From the human T2T-CHM13v2.0 reference genome, Homo sapiens, in the NCBI RefSeq assembly GCF_009914755.1, contig NC_060926.1: DNA of 64,000 nt; one strand, given 5' to 3'. This document shows positions 41,061 through 53,108 of the stretch, piece after piece (position 1 is the first letter of the stretch; each line of letters begins with the position of its first letter). The notes below the pieces were generated by a model. That model was not told where the DNA came from. It made no database searches and saw only the letters and a program-made list of their open reading frames with translations. A program made the position numbers and the translations under genes.

Positions 41061-41456
41061 TTCTAAATTAATGCAATGTACAATTGCTTAAAAAATGTGT
41101 ATTACTATTTTGTTGTTCTGCGTGTTAACACTAGCTTTGAATCTATGTACCTTAAAAAACATCAGATTTGACTTTAAATTTTATTGTTGATTGAGAGTAA
41201 AGATTTTACAATCCCGTATTGCACACTAAGATATAAGACTCTGGAGTCTTTTCAGTTTGAACAGGAGAAAAAGCTGATAGCATTCTTCTAAAAGGCTGGA
41301 ATCTCAGGACCATTTCTTGCTAAACAGTTGTCATTACATTTGGCCTCCTTCCTGATTTTCTGAAAAGATGGGTAGTAAATACTGGCCACTTGGCCATTTT
41401 GAAAATGCACTAAAACACATCTATCTAGGAGGTCATTATTCTAATTGCCCTTAGGA

Positions 41457-41647
41457 TAGAATTGCCAGATTTAGCAAATAGATACAGGATGCTCACTTAC
41501 ATTTGAATTTCAGACAAAGAATGGATTTTTTTTAGTACAAGTATATCCCATTTAATACTTGGGACATACTTATGCTTAAAAACGTATTCACTGTTGATCT
41601 GATATTCCATTTTAACTGAATGTCCTGTATTTTATCTGAGAAACTTA
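41457..41647 (+). mobile_element. MER53 palindromic hAT MITE, imperfect 8-bp TSD ccttagga/ccctagaa
   Basis: ttgccagatttagcaaata..atacaggatg...tttgaatttcaga...tcccatttaatacttgggacatacttat...tcctgtattttatctg matches MER53. Confidence 0.9.
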
Positions 41648-42889
41648 CCCTAGAAGCATGGCTTGACAGAGTCAGAGATCAGCATTGTTCAATTCCATAA
41701 TTATAGATGAGCAGGGAAAACTGCCCTGGAAAAGCATATTTTCAAGCAGACATGAAATTCTTCCCAATTCTTAGGTGAAATGCTTCTGATTCCACTTGGG
41801 CAGACGATCCTGTCTCATAGGCTCATGGCAAACAAATGCTTGATGAATGGTTATTGGCCAAAGGCAGTACAAGAGAGGCTGGGGCGAGGCCAAATGGAAA
41901 CTTAATGAATCCTTAAATGAAGAGGGGGTTAGGGGAAAGCAATTGGCAAGTAGTTCCTCTCATCCAGGAAGAAATTATGCAACATGAAATGGAAACATCT
42001 TTTCTTTAAGCCTCTTATCTTTGGGGTTTACTACAGTATACCCTTATTGTTTTTAAGAAGAGCTACTTGGTTAACATCTTTCTGTTTGGATTTGCTACAG
42101 TTTCCTATGGTTACAAGGTTCCCGGGGACCTTTTAAATGAATATATTAAAAGTAAGAGTAGGATTTTCTCAATAGGCTGATAAAAAATTGAATTAGCCCA
42201 TAGTAATGATGTAGCCTTACGTTGTGTACTTCACAGTGAGTTTACTCACTTCACCTCAGAACAGATTGTTTTTCTTTCAATACCCTCAATCCAAATGTCA
42301 AAATGTAAATACAGTATACCTCTAAAGATCCATACATGAACAGGGAATTTTACATATTACTTCTGTCTTTAGAAAAATAGATCTAACTGTAGCACATACT
42401 AAAAGAAAATCACTCTGAAAAGGCTGAGTTAGGGAAGAAAGGATGCTTATAACCATAAATGAATATCTGTTTCCCCAAATAAAAAAGAATTAAAATGACA
42501 GCAAGAGTAACAAACATTCATTTTTAAAAGAAGGTGAGCTTTATTTGAATTTTACCTGACTGCTTCTTAATAATGCAGACATTTCAATTGTTCCATCTGG
42601 ATAGTGAAACAAATGTTTCACTGAGGTCAGTGGAGTGAGTGGTATGTAACAGATATTTCGCTCTGCTCATTTGATATTCTGCTGGAATCTGGTGGAGGTA
42701 ATTATGGGAAAGGCATTTCAAATTTTTTTGATGAAGCTCCTGATAGCATAATGTGGGTATATATTTTTATGAGTAAATGCAATACACTGAAAAAATCGCA
42801 TTTAAAAAATGGGTAGGGTTTGAAACTGCGAGGCGAGATTATGTAATTTTGCTACCTCACACGTGCTCTGCCCTGTGGCCCATTCTTTC

Positions 42890-43035
42890 TGCATGTTGCT
42901 CTGCCCATGATACACCTATCAGCAGAGTGTGGCTAGTCTTGGGTTCTGTTGCCTGGCACTATTAAGTCCTCAGCATGTTGCCCGAGATGGTGGGAGCTCT
43001 GTAAGTGTTTGTTGACTGAATGAATACATGAATTA
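42890..43035 (+). mobile_element. L2 3' end
   Basis: ggagctctgtaagtgtttgttgactgaatgaat. Confidence 0.55.
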
Positions 43036-43240
43036 TTAATTAAATCAATTGCATTCTGACTCTGTTTCTTTGCCAATACTGACAGTGTTTAGACTGCATG
43101 AGTAACCCTGGTTGTTGGTGAAATGTCCTTCTGCAGTGCCCAAATTTGAATTACAAGTATTTCCAGAGTAATTCATCAATAATGATTTTCTTTAGTTATA
43201 TACCTCTGATCTCATGACATTGGTATGCTAACACAAGGTA

Positions 43241-43247
43241 GACAGAC

Positions 43248-43290
<43 letters not shown>

Positions 43291-43295
43291 CAGAT
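43241..43295. repeat. Tetranucleotide STR (GACA)2(GATA)10 GACA
   Basis: Read directly from the sequence. Confidence 0.97.
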
Positions 43296-43688
43296 TCATC
43301 TGCTATAAATACACTACTTGGGTGACAACTATTTTCCTGAAGCTTAGCTTAAATGACTGTTCACTATATTAAATTGAGCATTTAATTATTAAAATGTGTT
43401 CATATTTACATTTGGCACCCCAATTATGTCCAAATATAATCTCTCACTCCTGGTCTTACACTATATGTGATATTAGATAAATTTGATTGTTTCCTCACTC
43501 TTGAATCACTTTTTTCACTTGCATTCTGAGATCTCACACTTTCCTGGTTTTTCTCCTACATCATTAGTTATTCTTTCTTGTTCTTTTTTTGCCAAATCCT
43601 TCCTCTCTTCTCAAAGTCTAAATGTCAAAGTTCTTTGTGACTCAATATTTGGGAATCTTTGGGTCTCTAACTACATTATTACCTAGAT

Positions 43689-44691
43689 CAGAAGTTACAA
43701 AACTTTCACAGTTCTTAGTGCCTTTCATTTTTCAGTAATGGTTTTCAGACCACCCTAAGGCCAAAAGAAATGCCTAACTTCTATTTATTAGATAGTTAGG
43801 TCAAAATGCCTTACTAAGTATTTACACCCTGTGGTAGGCTGAATTATGGCCCCAAAGATATCCAGATCCGAATCCCCAGATCTGTCACCTTATATGGCAA
43901 AAGAGGCTTTACAGACATGAATAATTTAAGGATCTTAACGTAGGGAGATTTTCCTAGACTACCTGGATAAACCACCATATTCACAGTGGTCCTTAGAGGA
44001 AGGAGGAAAGAGGGTCAAAGGAGATAGAAGGTGATATGATGATGGAAACTGATAGAGTTTGAAGATACCATGCTGCTGGTTTGGAAGATGGATGGAGGAA
44101 GGGTTCATGAGCCAGGAATGCAAGAGATATAGGAAAAGGGAGGAAAATGGGTTCTCCCCTGGAGCCTCTAGAAAGAATGTGGCCCTGCCCACATCTTGAT
44201 TGCAGCCCAGAGAAATCATGTCAGAGTTTTGACTTCCAGAGCCAAAAGAGAGTAGTTTGATGTTATTTTAAGTCACAAAAGTTGTAGCAATTCATTACTG
44301 TACTCATAGGAAATGGATATATGTCCTAATAGCCTCATAGTCATATTATAAATTACACAAATTTGAAAGAAAATATAATAGTATTCATATTTTTCACTAG
44401 TGCAATTTATGCACCTGTCGTGCACTACACAATTTCTCATATCCCCCAATCTAATTGGACATGGCCACCCCCGCTTCCTGTTCCACACTGATTTTCATGT
44501 AGTAGTTGCATTCTTATCATACTTCACAAAAATATGATATCATTGAAAGGAATGTGGTTCAAACTAATGTTGAAAATGTAAGCTACCTAGACCTCATATT
44601 TGGGCACTGACAGATACCAAGTGTTGGCATTTTTCTCTCAAAAATTTTTAACTATCCTGCATTGCTCCTGGCACACATTTTGGTACCAAGA
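43689..44691 (+). mobile_element. hAT-Charlie DNA transposon (Charlie4-like, tentative), TSD acctagat/tcctaggt, split by MLT1D
   Basis: caaaactttcacagttc...cctaaggccaaaagaaatgcctaac...tagttaggtc...aagtattta resumes as tgtcctaa...ttgaaagaaaa; target resembles the Charlie NTCTAGAN site. Confidence 0.65.
43830..44321 (+). mobile_element. MaLR solo LTR (MLT1D-like)
   Basis: tgtggtaggctgaattatggccccaaagatatcc...caccttatatggcaaaag...gctggtttggaagatgga...ttctcccctggagcctctaga...ataggaaa. Confidence 0.88.
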
Positions 44692-45286
44692 TCCTAGGTG
44701 ATTAAATCTGGTACCATACTTTAAAATATTATCTGCATACTGATTTCCAATCTATTGTTTCTACCAGTAATCACTTCCTTGAAGCCTCAAGTTGTGTATC
44801 CAACCACCTATTCATCATCTCAACTTGGATATCTAAAGGACATCTCAAATATGTCCTTGACAGAATTGCTGTCACCTTCAAACTGCACCACTCCCTGCGC
44901 TGATCTCCACACCTCACAACCTTACCCCCCGCTCCACTTCCACTGGGGGTTTCTCCTCTCCGTCAATGGCATTCTCATTCTCATTCTGGCCAATTAACTC
45001 TGGCTAAAAATTTCAGTCTTCTTCACTATCTCTCTTTCTTTCACTGCCTTCTTGCTTCCTATCAGTAAATCCTGTCAGTGATGACCTATGCATTCCAAGC
45101 CTCACCTGAATCATGTCTCACCTGGATCTTTCCCATTGCCTTCCCACTGCTGATTTCCTTCTTATTCTCATGTCCAGAGTTGTCCTCATGTCGATCAGGC
45201 CCTGTAATTCTCCTGCTCAAAGCTCAAAGGCCAAGGACTTGGTAAAACTCATAGGATGAACATAAATCCTTTTTCATGGTCTGAAA

Positions 45287-45499
45287 TAGTGATTCTCAAC
45301 CAGGGGCAATTTTGCTTCCCAGAGGACATTTACCAATGTCTGGAGACTGTTTTGGCTGTCATATGGAGAGGGAATGCTACTATCTCCTTATGGACAGAGG
45401 CCAGAAAGACTGCTAAAGACCATACACCTCACAGACAGCCTCCCATAACAAAGAATTATCCAGCCCAAATACCAATTGCTCCGAGGGTGAGAAACCCTG
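45287..45499 (+). mobile_element. MER20 hAT-Charlie MITE
   Basis: agtgattctcaaccaggggcaattttgc..cccagaggacattt...aatgtctggagac...caaagaattatccagcccaaa...tgagaaaccctg. Confidence 0.92.
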
Positions 45500-45636
45500 G
45501 GTTACACAGGCCATGAGTTCTGGTCCTTGCCTAGAGATCTTACCTGATTTTCCACCACTGCTGCCTTTCATGGAGACTGACTTTCCCATTCCTCCTGCAT
45601 GTCAAGCACTTTCTTACCTCAGGGGCATTGCCTCTG

Positions 45637-45948
<312 letters not shown>

Positions 45949-46236
45949 CGCCTCTGGTTTTTTTTTCCCCCTTGTCTAGAATGCTGTCACCCCAGATACG
46001 CACATTTTATTTTGTTTGGGCCACTCAAATGTCCCCTCTTCAGCAAGACCATTCCTGATCTTCCTATCTAAAAAAACTGAGAAGGTAGAGCCCCGTTCAG
46101 AAGCCTGTTCACATGAGGAAGTCGGGAGATTCCAGAGGAAACTCAGCCCAAAGGAAAAGAGATGTGAGCCAGCATGCATGGCCTCCTGGCCAAGGACTCT
46201 GAGAAAATTAGATTTATTCTGAGTGTAGCAGGGCTC

Positions 46237-46598
46237 TGTACTAGTCTGCTTTGGCTACCATAACAAAATACCTTAGAGTGGGGGACTTAAAACAAAAGAC
46301 ATCTGTTTCTCACAATTCTCAAGCTCAAAGTGCTCGCAGATTCGATCCCTGGTAAGGCCACTCTTCTTGTCTTGCAGACAGCTACATGCTCACTGGTCCT
46401 CACATGGCAGAGAGAGAGCAAGCTCTGATTTCTCTTCCTCTTCTGTTAAGGATATTAATCCCATCAAGGAGGTCTCACCCTCACAACTTCATCTAAACCT
46501 AATCACCCCCCAAATACCCCGCCTCCAAATCCCATAATGTTGAGGGTTATGACTTCTACATAGAAATTTTGAGGACTATAAACATTTAATTCATAACA
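46237..46598 (-). mobile_element. MaLR solo LTR (MLT1A/B-like)
   Basis: tgtactagtctgct..ggctaccataacaaaatacc...gtcctcacatggcagagagagagc...cctccaaat...tcataaca. Confidence 0.85.
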
Positions 46599-46656
46599 GG
46601 GTATTTTAGATTTATCTTTAAGACATCATATTGGATTTACTAATGATTCATGATTT

Positions 46657-46689
46657 GTGCGTTTGTGTATGTGTGTGTGCGTGTGTGTG
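46657..46689. repeat. Imperfect (TG)n microsatellite
   Basis: gtgcgtttgtgtatgtgtgtgtgcgtgtgtgtg. Confidence 0.8.
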
Positions 46690-47079
46690 CAAGGTTATAG
46701 AAAGAATACAAACTCGGGTAACTATGGGGTTATTATGGAGTAAACTATAGAAACTACAAGTAAAATCATTTTTAAAAAACTACCTCACTACTATCTTATA
46801 TTTTCTAATATTTTTATTGATCATAGATTGATTTTTTTTCTGAAAAAGGTCTGATAAAAATTTGTCAAAACCAATTAGTTATTATAGAAAAAATATATAA
46901 AAGTCCTATTTAGTGCTCTCAGACAACAATGTTATACAATACTTTCTTAATTGATTTTATGGAAATACTGTCTCTGGTTCATAAACTTCTTAAGTTCCTT
47001 CTTTAGAAAATGCATATCTGTTATCAGAGAAAGACTATAAAAAAAACATAAGTTTCTGTGACAACTTTAAATATAAGCC

Positions 47080-47272
47080 ATAGGGTCGACTGGGTCAGCA
47101 TTAAATATCGCCTCCCCACTTATGAGCTATGTGACTATGGTCCAGTTGTTTCATCCCCCTGTGCCTCGGTTCACTTATCTGTAAAGTGGGAATAATAATA
47201 GTATTTTCCTCATAGGACTAAAATGAAGAGTAAATATGTTAATGGAGGTAAAACAGCTTACAGTAAGAGCTC
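47080..47272 (+). mobile_element. MIR SINE
   Basis: ccacttatgagctatgtgac...ctgtgcctcggttcacttatctgtaaagtgggaataataatagta. Confidence 0.85.
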
Positions 47273-47280
47273 AAATAATC

Positions 47281-47429
47281 TGGGGTAACTATACGTCCAG
47301 GTTGCCTGAGACAGCCCTGGATACATTCTATCTGTCTTCCAGTTTATTTAAGAGCATTTTTTTAAAAAAAATTCTACAAAATGAAATGTTTGGAACATAA
47401 ATTACATGTGTCAATTATATGGCACTCTG
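47281..47429 (+). mobile_element. MER94 hAT-Blackjack MITE
   Basis: ggggtaactatacgtccaggttgcctgagacagccctgg ... tttggaacataaatta...aattatatggcactct. Confidence 0.7.
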
Positions 47430-49462
47430 GCTATGAGTCTCATATTCTCCGTCTCTACCTCATCATCTGTAGACAGCAAGCTTTAGATCAGACCTCAAAA
47501 AAAATAAAAATAAAAAAAGACCTAACTGAGCAAGTACATTTTGAGTTGCCCCATGTGCCTAGTATTGGAGCAGAAAACATAGGGAATGCCTAAACATGGC
47601 CTGAAATTATAGCAAGAATATGTGGTACATAGGAAATAAAGCGAAATAGTATAGAGGGAAGAGCTAATGAGATTCAACCAGTAAGTGCTAAGGATTCTGA
47701 AAAGAAAGAGAACTTTGTGGGCTGGTGAAGAACAGAAAAGCTTCATTATAGTTAGGACGGGCAAGATGTGGAAGGAACAGTGAAGAGAAATCAGCAATGG
47801 CCCCGTCCACTCCTTTTGAGGGAGAGTTTCAAAAATATCCATTAATTGATAAAATAATAATTTGCATGCCAAGAAGAGATTATCATGCACTTCTTCTCAT
47901 TTAGTGAGAATACTCACTTTCTTGATAAGAAACAAGGAACATAAAATGGAAAACGGGAATGCATGCTAACAATATTGGGTATAATAATACAAGAGTCATT
48001 TGTAAGAAAGCCCTTTCGCTGTTGCCAAATGAGTGTGGCAAGGCTATTGAAAGTTGCATTTATTTCTAATGTCAGCATTGGCAAAGTACAGCAATGTTTA
48101 CATACATTCAATTAGCAATTATTGTTTACATTTGCACATTATACCACTAATGATGTATCCTTATTACTAAACTGAAATTCCTCTGTGAAATGCTGTAGAA
48201 CTTGAACTTTGTAATAAAAGGAATAACAACATACAAATAAAATCCTGTTTATCAGGATACTATCCTTGTTTATAACTCGCATCTTGCTGGATGATTTAAC
48301 AAATTTGATTTACACAGTGTTTTGTGATCCCAGAATATCCTAGAAATGAAGAATTGTGCTTAGCTCACCTCAGCAGGCTGCATTAGTTATCTTTAAGTCA
48401 ATATATTGATTTGGGAATTGCTTGTTTATAAGATGTCAGAGACGACCGATTTATGTCGATATTTTTGTATCATATGTTCTAGCCAATCACAATAGGCCTG
48501 AGATATGCCATTATAAACTTTTTTTTTCAGCGACTGAAAACTACAGATGTTCTCAGATATCAAACTTGGATTTTCAGAAATTATCAATAGGCTTCTTTGT
48601 TTTACAAGTGGGACAGTGCTTCCCTGGTGGAAGGATGAAGTGAGTCATAGGGTAATGGTAACCAAATTTGCTCTACATAGTAAAGGTGCCCTGCTACTCC
48701 AGTAGGTAACGTCACGAAACAGAAGGTTTCAGTCCCTGAAGTATCTGACTGCCAATGATTTGAGACTCAGTAGCTGTATGGACAAGGAAGGTTGAAATTA
48801 GGATAACCTGCAATGGAGTCTTAATTTCATAGCTGATTCGATGTGTGGCTTCATATGTCTTTCTATCTTTTCATTTTCCAACAAATATCCTTGTGAGATA
48901 TTTGTGCCCACTTGATTGATTCACTACCATAGAATGATAAGAAAAATGAAGAAGAGATGGAACACATTTAAAAAAAATGGTTATGCCCTCCTGTGGTTAC
49001 CATTTAGAAATATATTTTGCAGAATGTCTGTTTTGAATGGAAGCCTGATATTTGGGCCTCGTTTGCCGGATCCCTCTGTAGATTGTATATCTCCTATATG
49101 GTTGGGGTAAGCCTGCCAAAGCTTTTCCTTCCTTCGTCTGCTAACCTAATCAAACATTTGCTCTCCTAAAACAAAGATGGAGCCAGGAATGTTTTTCTTA
49201 TATTTCAATTGCCACTTGAAACTGAAGACTCAATTTCTCCTGGATCATTTCAATACCTCATTTATGGTTGGCATTTACCCGAATTCACAGGTTGTAAACG
49301 CTTTAAAAGTTACACTGAGTCCTTATGGAGAACAGGGGTTTCAGTTTCTGAAATGGAGCTGCAAATGTGCCCTACACTGTTCATGGCATACACCAAATCC
49401 AGTTTTTAATGGATCAGGTTGGCATCATTTAGGTATGGCATGGATGCAAAATGTTCCTGGAG

Positions 49463-49482
49463 CCCCCGCCCCCCCCCCCCCC
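49463..49482 (-). repeat. C5-G-C14 tract (G-run on minus strand; contains a GC box)
   Basis: cccccgcccccccccccccc. Confidence 0.9.
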
Positions 49483-49559
49483 ATCAAGGATACAATTGTT
49501 TCTAAGTTTCAGAGTTGAATGCTTCATTAAATGCTGGAGCATGTGACATAATGGGCTTC

Positions 49560-50170
49560 CCAATTGCTAACTTAATATTTAGCTTCCAAAATTCTGAGAC
49601 AAACACCTTGATGCCCCCTCAGGTCTCCACAATTAGCCACATTTGCTAATCTTTCCCAATAAGTCTCAGTAGACAGAAAAGAATGCAAAGTTTTAATTTG
49701 CTAATCACCCAGTTGGAGAGGGGCCGTGGGGGGAGATGCTAATCATCTGCAGACATCTGTAATGACCCTTGGACAAAACCGAGGAAAACTAAATCAGAGC
49801 TTTGACAAGGGCAGGAGAGCGGAAACAGAAGCCCTAATTGTGGCCATGTGAAGTGCACTTTCCCGTTTTGTAGCTTTTGTAATAGAATTGCACAATACTT
49901 TATAAAGTAACTTTTATAGACAGACCCAGAAATGACTTTTTCCATCTTTGGGGATAAATGGTCAGACTTGATCTGTGAAATATGCGAAGAAGAACTGACA
50001 TTATGGTGCAAATGTAGCAGACAAAAGGGTTTGGGCGAGCTTTTGCCGGTTAAATTTGGCTAACCTGCAGAAAGCCTATTGTCAAGCCAGCCATGCTTCA
50101 CTGAGCTCTCTTCCCTCTTTATGGTTAAGTGAACCTCAAAACAATGACAAAGAAATATGCACTGAGTCAC
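49560..50170. promoter_or_regulatory. Candidate enhancer (homeodomain/POU-like motif cluster plus AP-1)
   Basis: TGCTAATC three times (within 49641-49745), further TAAT/ATTA cores, TGAGTCA at 50163, retained CpGs, no recognisable repeat. Motif-only inference. Confidence 0.35.
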
Positions 50171-51749
50171 ATATTCTAAGAAATAGACTGTACTCTCCTC
50201 AAATCGAAATAACGGCACTTTAATTCTTGGATTTTCCACATTTTCGTTGGTAAAGCTCCTATTTGCTTTCTCTGAATCTGTATCAGTTCATGCAGTTCTG
50301 CCAAGTGGGGAAGCTTTGCAGGACACTGCCACTGTAGCACTTGAAATATTAAGATGAACAGAACAAGCAAAAGGTAAGCTTACTTCCTTGCAGTATTTTG
50401 AGTGTCTGTTTCTTTGCTTGCAAAAGTTTACGTGTTCTTGATTGAGAGAGGTTTTGTTTAATACCCATCCTGATTCAAATAAACTACTCTTGTTACTGTT
50501 TTTAATAGCTGAGGTATAGAAGGGAAGAAAAAGAAAGAAAATGTGATGCCAACTCACTTATAAAACAATAAAAATCCATAGGTTTTGCACTTAAATATAG
50601 ATATACACGGACATAATTGTCAGAGTTGAATTGTATTCTCAAATGGGAAAACTGGGAAAATGGTTCATGATTTTTCGTAGCTTCAAAAGTTAATTTTTGG
50701 ATTATTTTTAGTGAACTTCTTTTTAAGAATGAGATTTAGGAAATTTGATAGAGAAAAAATAAGCATGGTCGAACATCAAACAAGCAGCCACTTATGAAAA
50801 TATTTTCCCATTCTCCCCTGCTGCACTTTCTTGTGATTAAAATAACCTTTATAAATGGACATTTTAAAGAGTTTTAGTTTAAAATGGCCTCCAAAACCGG
50901 CCAAACATCAGAGATCTCGAATTTTTTGTTGGTAAAATTTGCTCAGTCAACTCAGGCTGACATTTAAGTAGTCCAGTAATTGCCCCTCCCAGAGTGGTGT
51001 CCTTGGGAGAGGGTCTAATGGAGTGGTGAATCTTTTTACTTGTCTCTTCCCACAGCAAGTTCTCTGGTTTCAGTGTTCCAAGTTCTCCAGTATTGAGTTT
51101 TTCTTGCTGGAGTAAAGGCAACCAACTTTCTCTAAAACACTTCCTAAAAGCTCCCAGTCAATAATTCCGTGCTACTCCCTCCATGGTCTTGACAGTTCCT
51201 CACAGGGTTCCTTACTGTTTTTCAGCCTCAGTTTTCTCATCTCAGCAGGGGTCTAGCAACCCACATTCTGATTTAGTAGTCTTTTACCATCTCCAGGAAA
51301 TGCAAAAGCTCATTGATTGCTCCTGCTCTTTTTGTGTTTCCTACCTTCTCACATAGGAGTAAATGGAGTTCTTAGATGAAGAAACTCTCATGTTCAAAAA
51401 CCTTTCACCTTTCTAGGAGTACCCACCCCTTTGGATGAACAAAAAATAGGAAGAGTCTATATGCATTTCAAAGGCTGCTTGGAGTATTTCTGTAATAGGA
51501 AAGGAACGCCTTAAAAAAAAAAAAACTTCTTAAAGATATGTAAAAGCTGCCAGATTCTGATTTTGTAGCAAGTTACTCTGCTTTCCTGGGAGTATATGGA
51601 TTGTGAAAATTGATACAGAACTGGAAAAGAGTTCTGAGTAGAGCATCCCAAAAAAGTATGGCACCCATGTGACCAACGTCATCCATTTTTGAGGATGAAG
51701 GATCCAAACATAACATTCAGTGTTATCATGTTGATATGCTCAGTAAAGC

Positions 51750-51818
51750 GCCTTTCAATAAGTTAAATATAATACAGAGAAACTTATTATGGAACAGGGA
51801 ATTATGTGGTTAAAATTA
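51750..51818 (+). repeat. ~70-bp dispersed direct repeat, copy 1 (copy 2 at 53867-53936)
   Basis: gcctttcaataagttaaatataatacagagaaacttattatggaacagggaattatgtggttaaaatta vs a near-identical copy with about 7 differences. Confidence 0.92.
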
Positions 51819-53047
51819 TATCTACCAATTTCACTTGCTAATCTCTCCTAGGAAAGAAGTAGATTTATAGTGAAGTATAAGGGCTTCATGATGGCTTGCT
51901 GATGTCATGTTTAAACTCAGAGAACTTTGCCACAGAATGGCACTTCAAAACCTTTTCAAATACAGACCATAACAATAAAGAATACTCAAAATATAACTGT
52001 TTGGGAAGAACTGATAGGACTACAGATATTCACTAACGTGTAACCAATATGTATTTTTAGTGACCTTACTGTGGATATATGTCATTTTTATAAAGATTGG
52101 GGAGTTCTCTAATTTTTGAATTTGAATAAGCAACTATGAGGGAAAGTTTACAAAAATGATTCATAATTTATCTCTGTGGAATTAGAAATTCAAGGACTAT
52201 TCTTGTAAACTTAGAGGATTTTCTGATGATTATTTACTTTGAAGTCTAAGATTCTGTTTGCTGATAATTATTAAAATGCAGTTTAAACAGTATCTTAGCT
52301 ACAAATATGTGATAAATTACTATTTGTAGCTTTTATATTTTTCATTGCTTCCAACAATATCTGATAGTAATGTAAGGAAACTTTTGAAAAGGTACTATGA
52401 AAAAAATCTTAGGAATGATTTGTAACCCTCTAAAATGTGTAATTTCCATAAACATCAATTACTTCAAAACTTAATACATTCTTTAAATTTTTGGAACATA
52501 ATTTATATTTCCCTTTCCATATCTGTGTACTCAATGCCCCGTGTGTGAGTGCTGTTAAGTTTATATATGGGGGTTAATCGAATCTGGAATGGAAGAAGGA
52601 GTTGAAAACGGAAATGGCTAACATATGTCAATTTTACATCTCAGTTAGATAAATCATTAGTTTCTAGGGAGAAAAAGCAATTAAAAAATTGGTGGAAATA
52701 AAAATATTGTGAAGACCGTGGTACTGCACTAGGGCTGTAGGCAGCTTCAACTATTGCTCTTAAGACCTCAAGTGTGGTGCATTCCTGCTCCCAGCTCCCT
52801 GCACACCGTCTGCAGTTACAATATTTTACCAGTTAAAAATGATCACTTTACTCTTTTACACTAAATTTCCAGATTTTGACTGTTTAATAAGTGACCTAAA
52901 ATAATAACCTTTCATATCTAAAGTACTCTCCTAACTATGATCAACCTTTACCAGAAAATCTAATTATTTTTTGAAATAATCTAAATTACAATGAAACTTT
53001 AAAAAAGTGAATACTACTTAGTTAAATTGACATCTTATAGGTACATA

Positions 53048-53108
53048 TATATTTGTATGTGGGTATACATATTTTGTGGAGTATATTTGTATGCGGGTAT
53101 ACTTATTT
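53048..53108. repeat. 27-bp imperfect direct repeat, period 34
   Basis: tatatttgtatgtgggtatacatattt / tatatttgtatgcgggtatacttattt. Confidence 0.88.
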
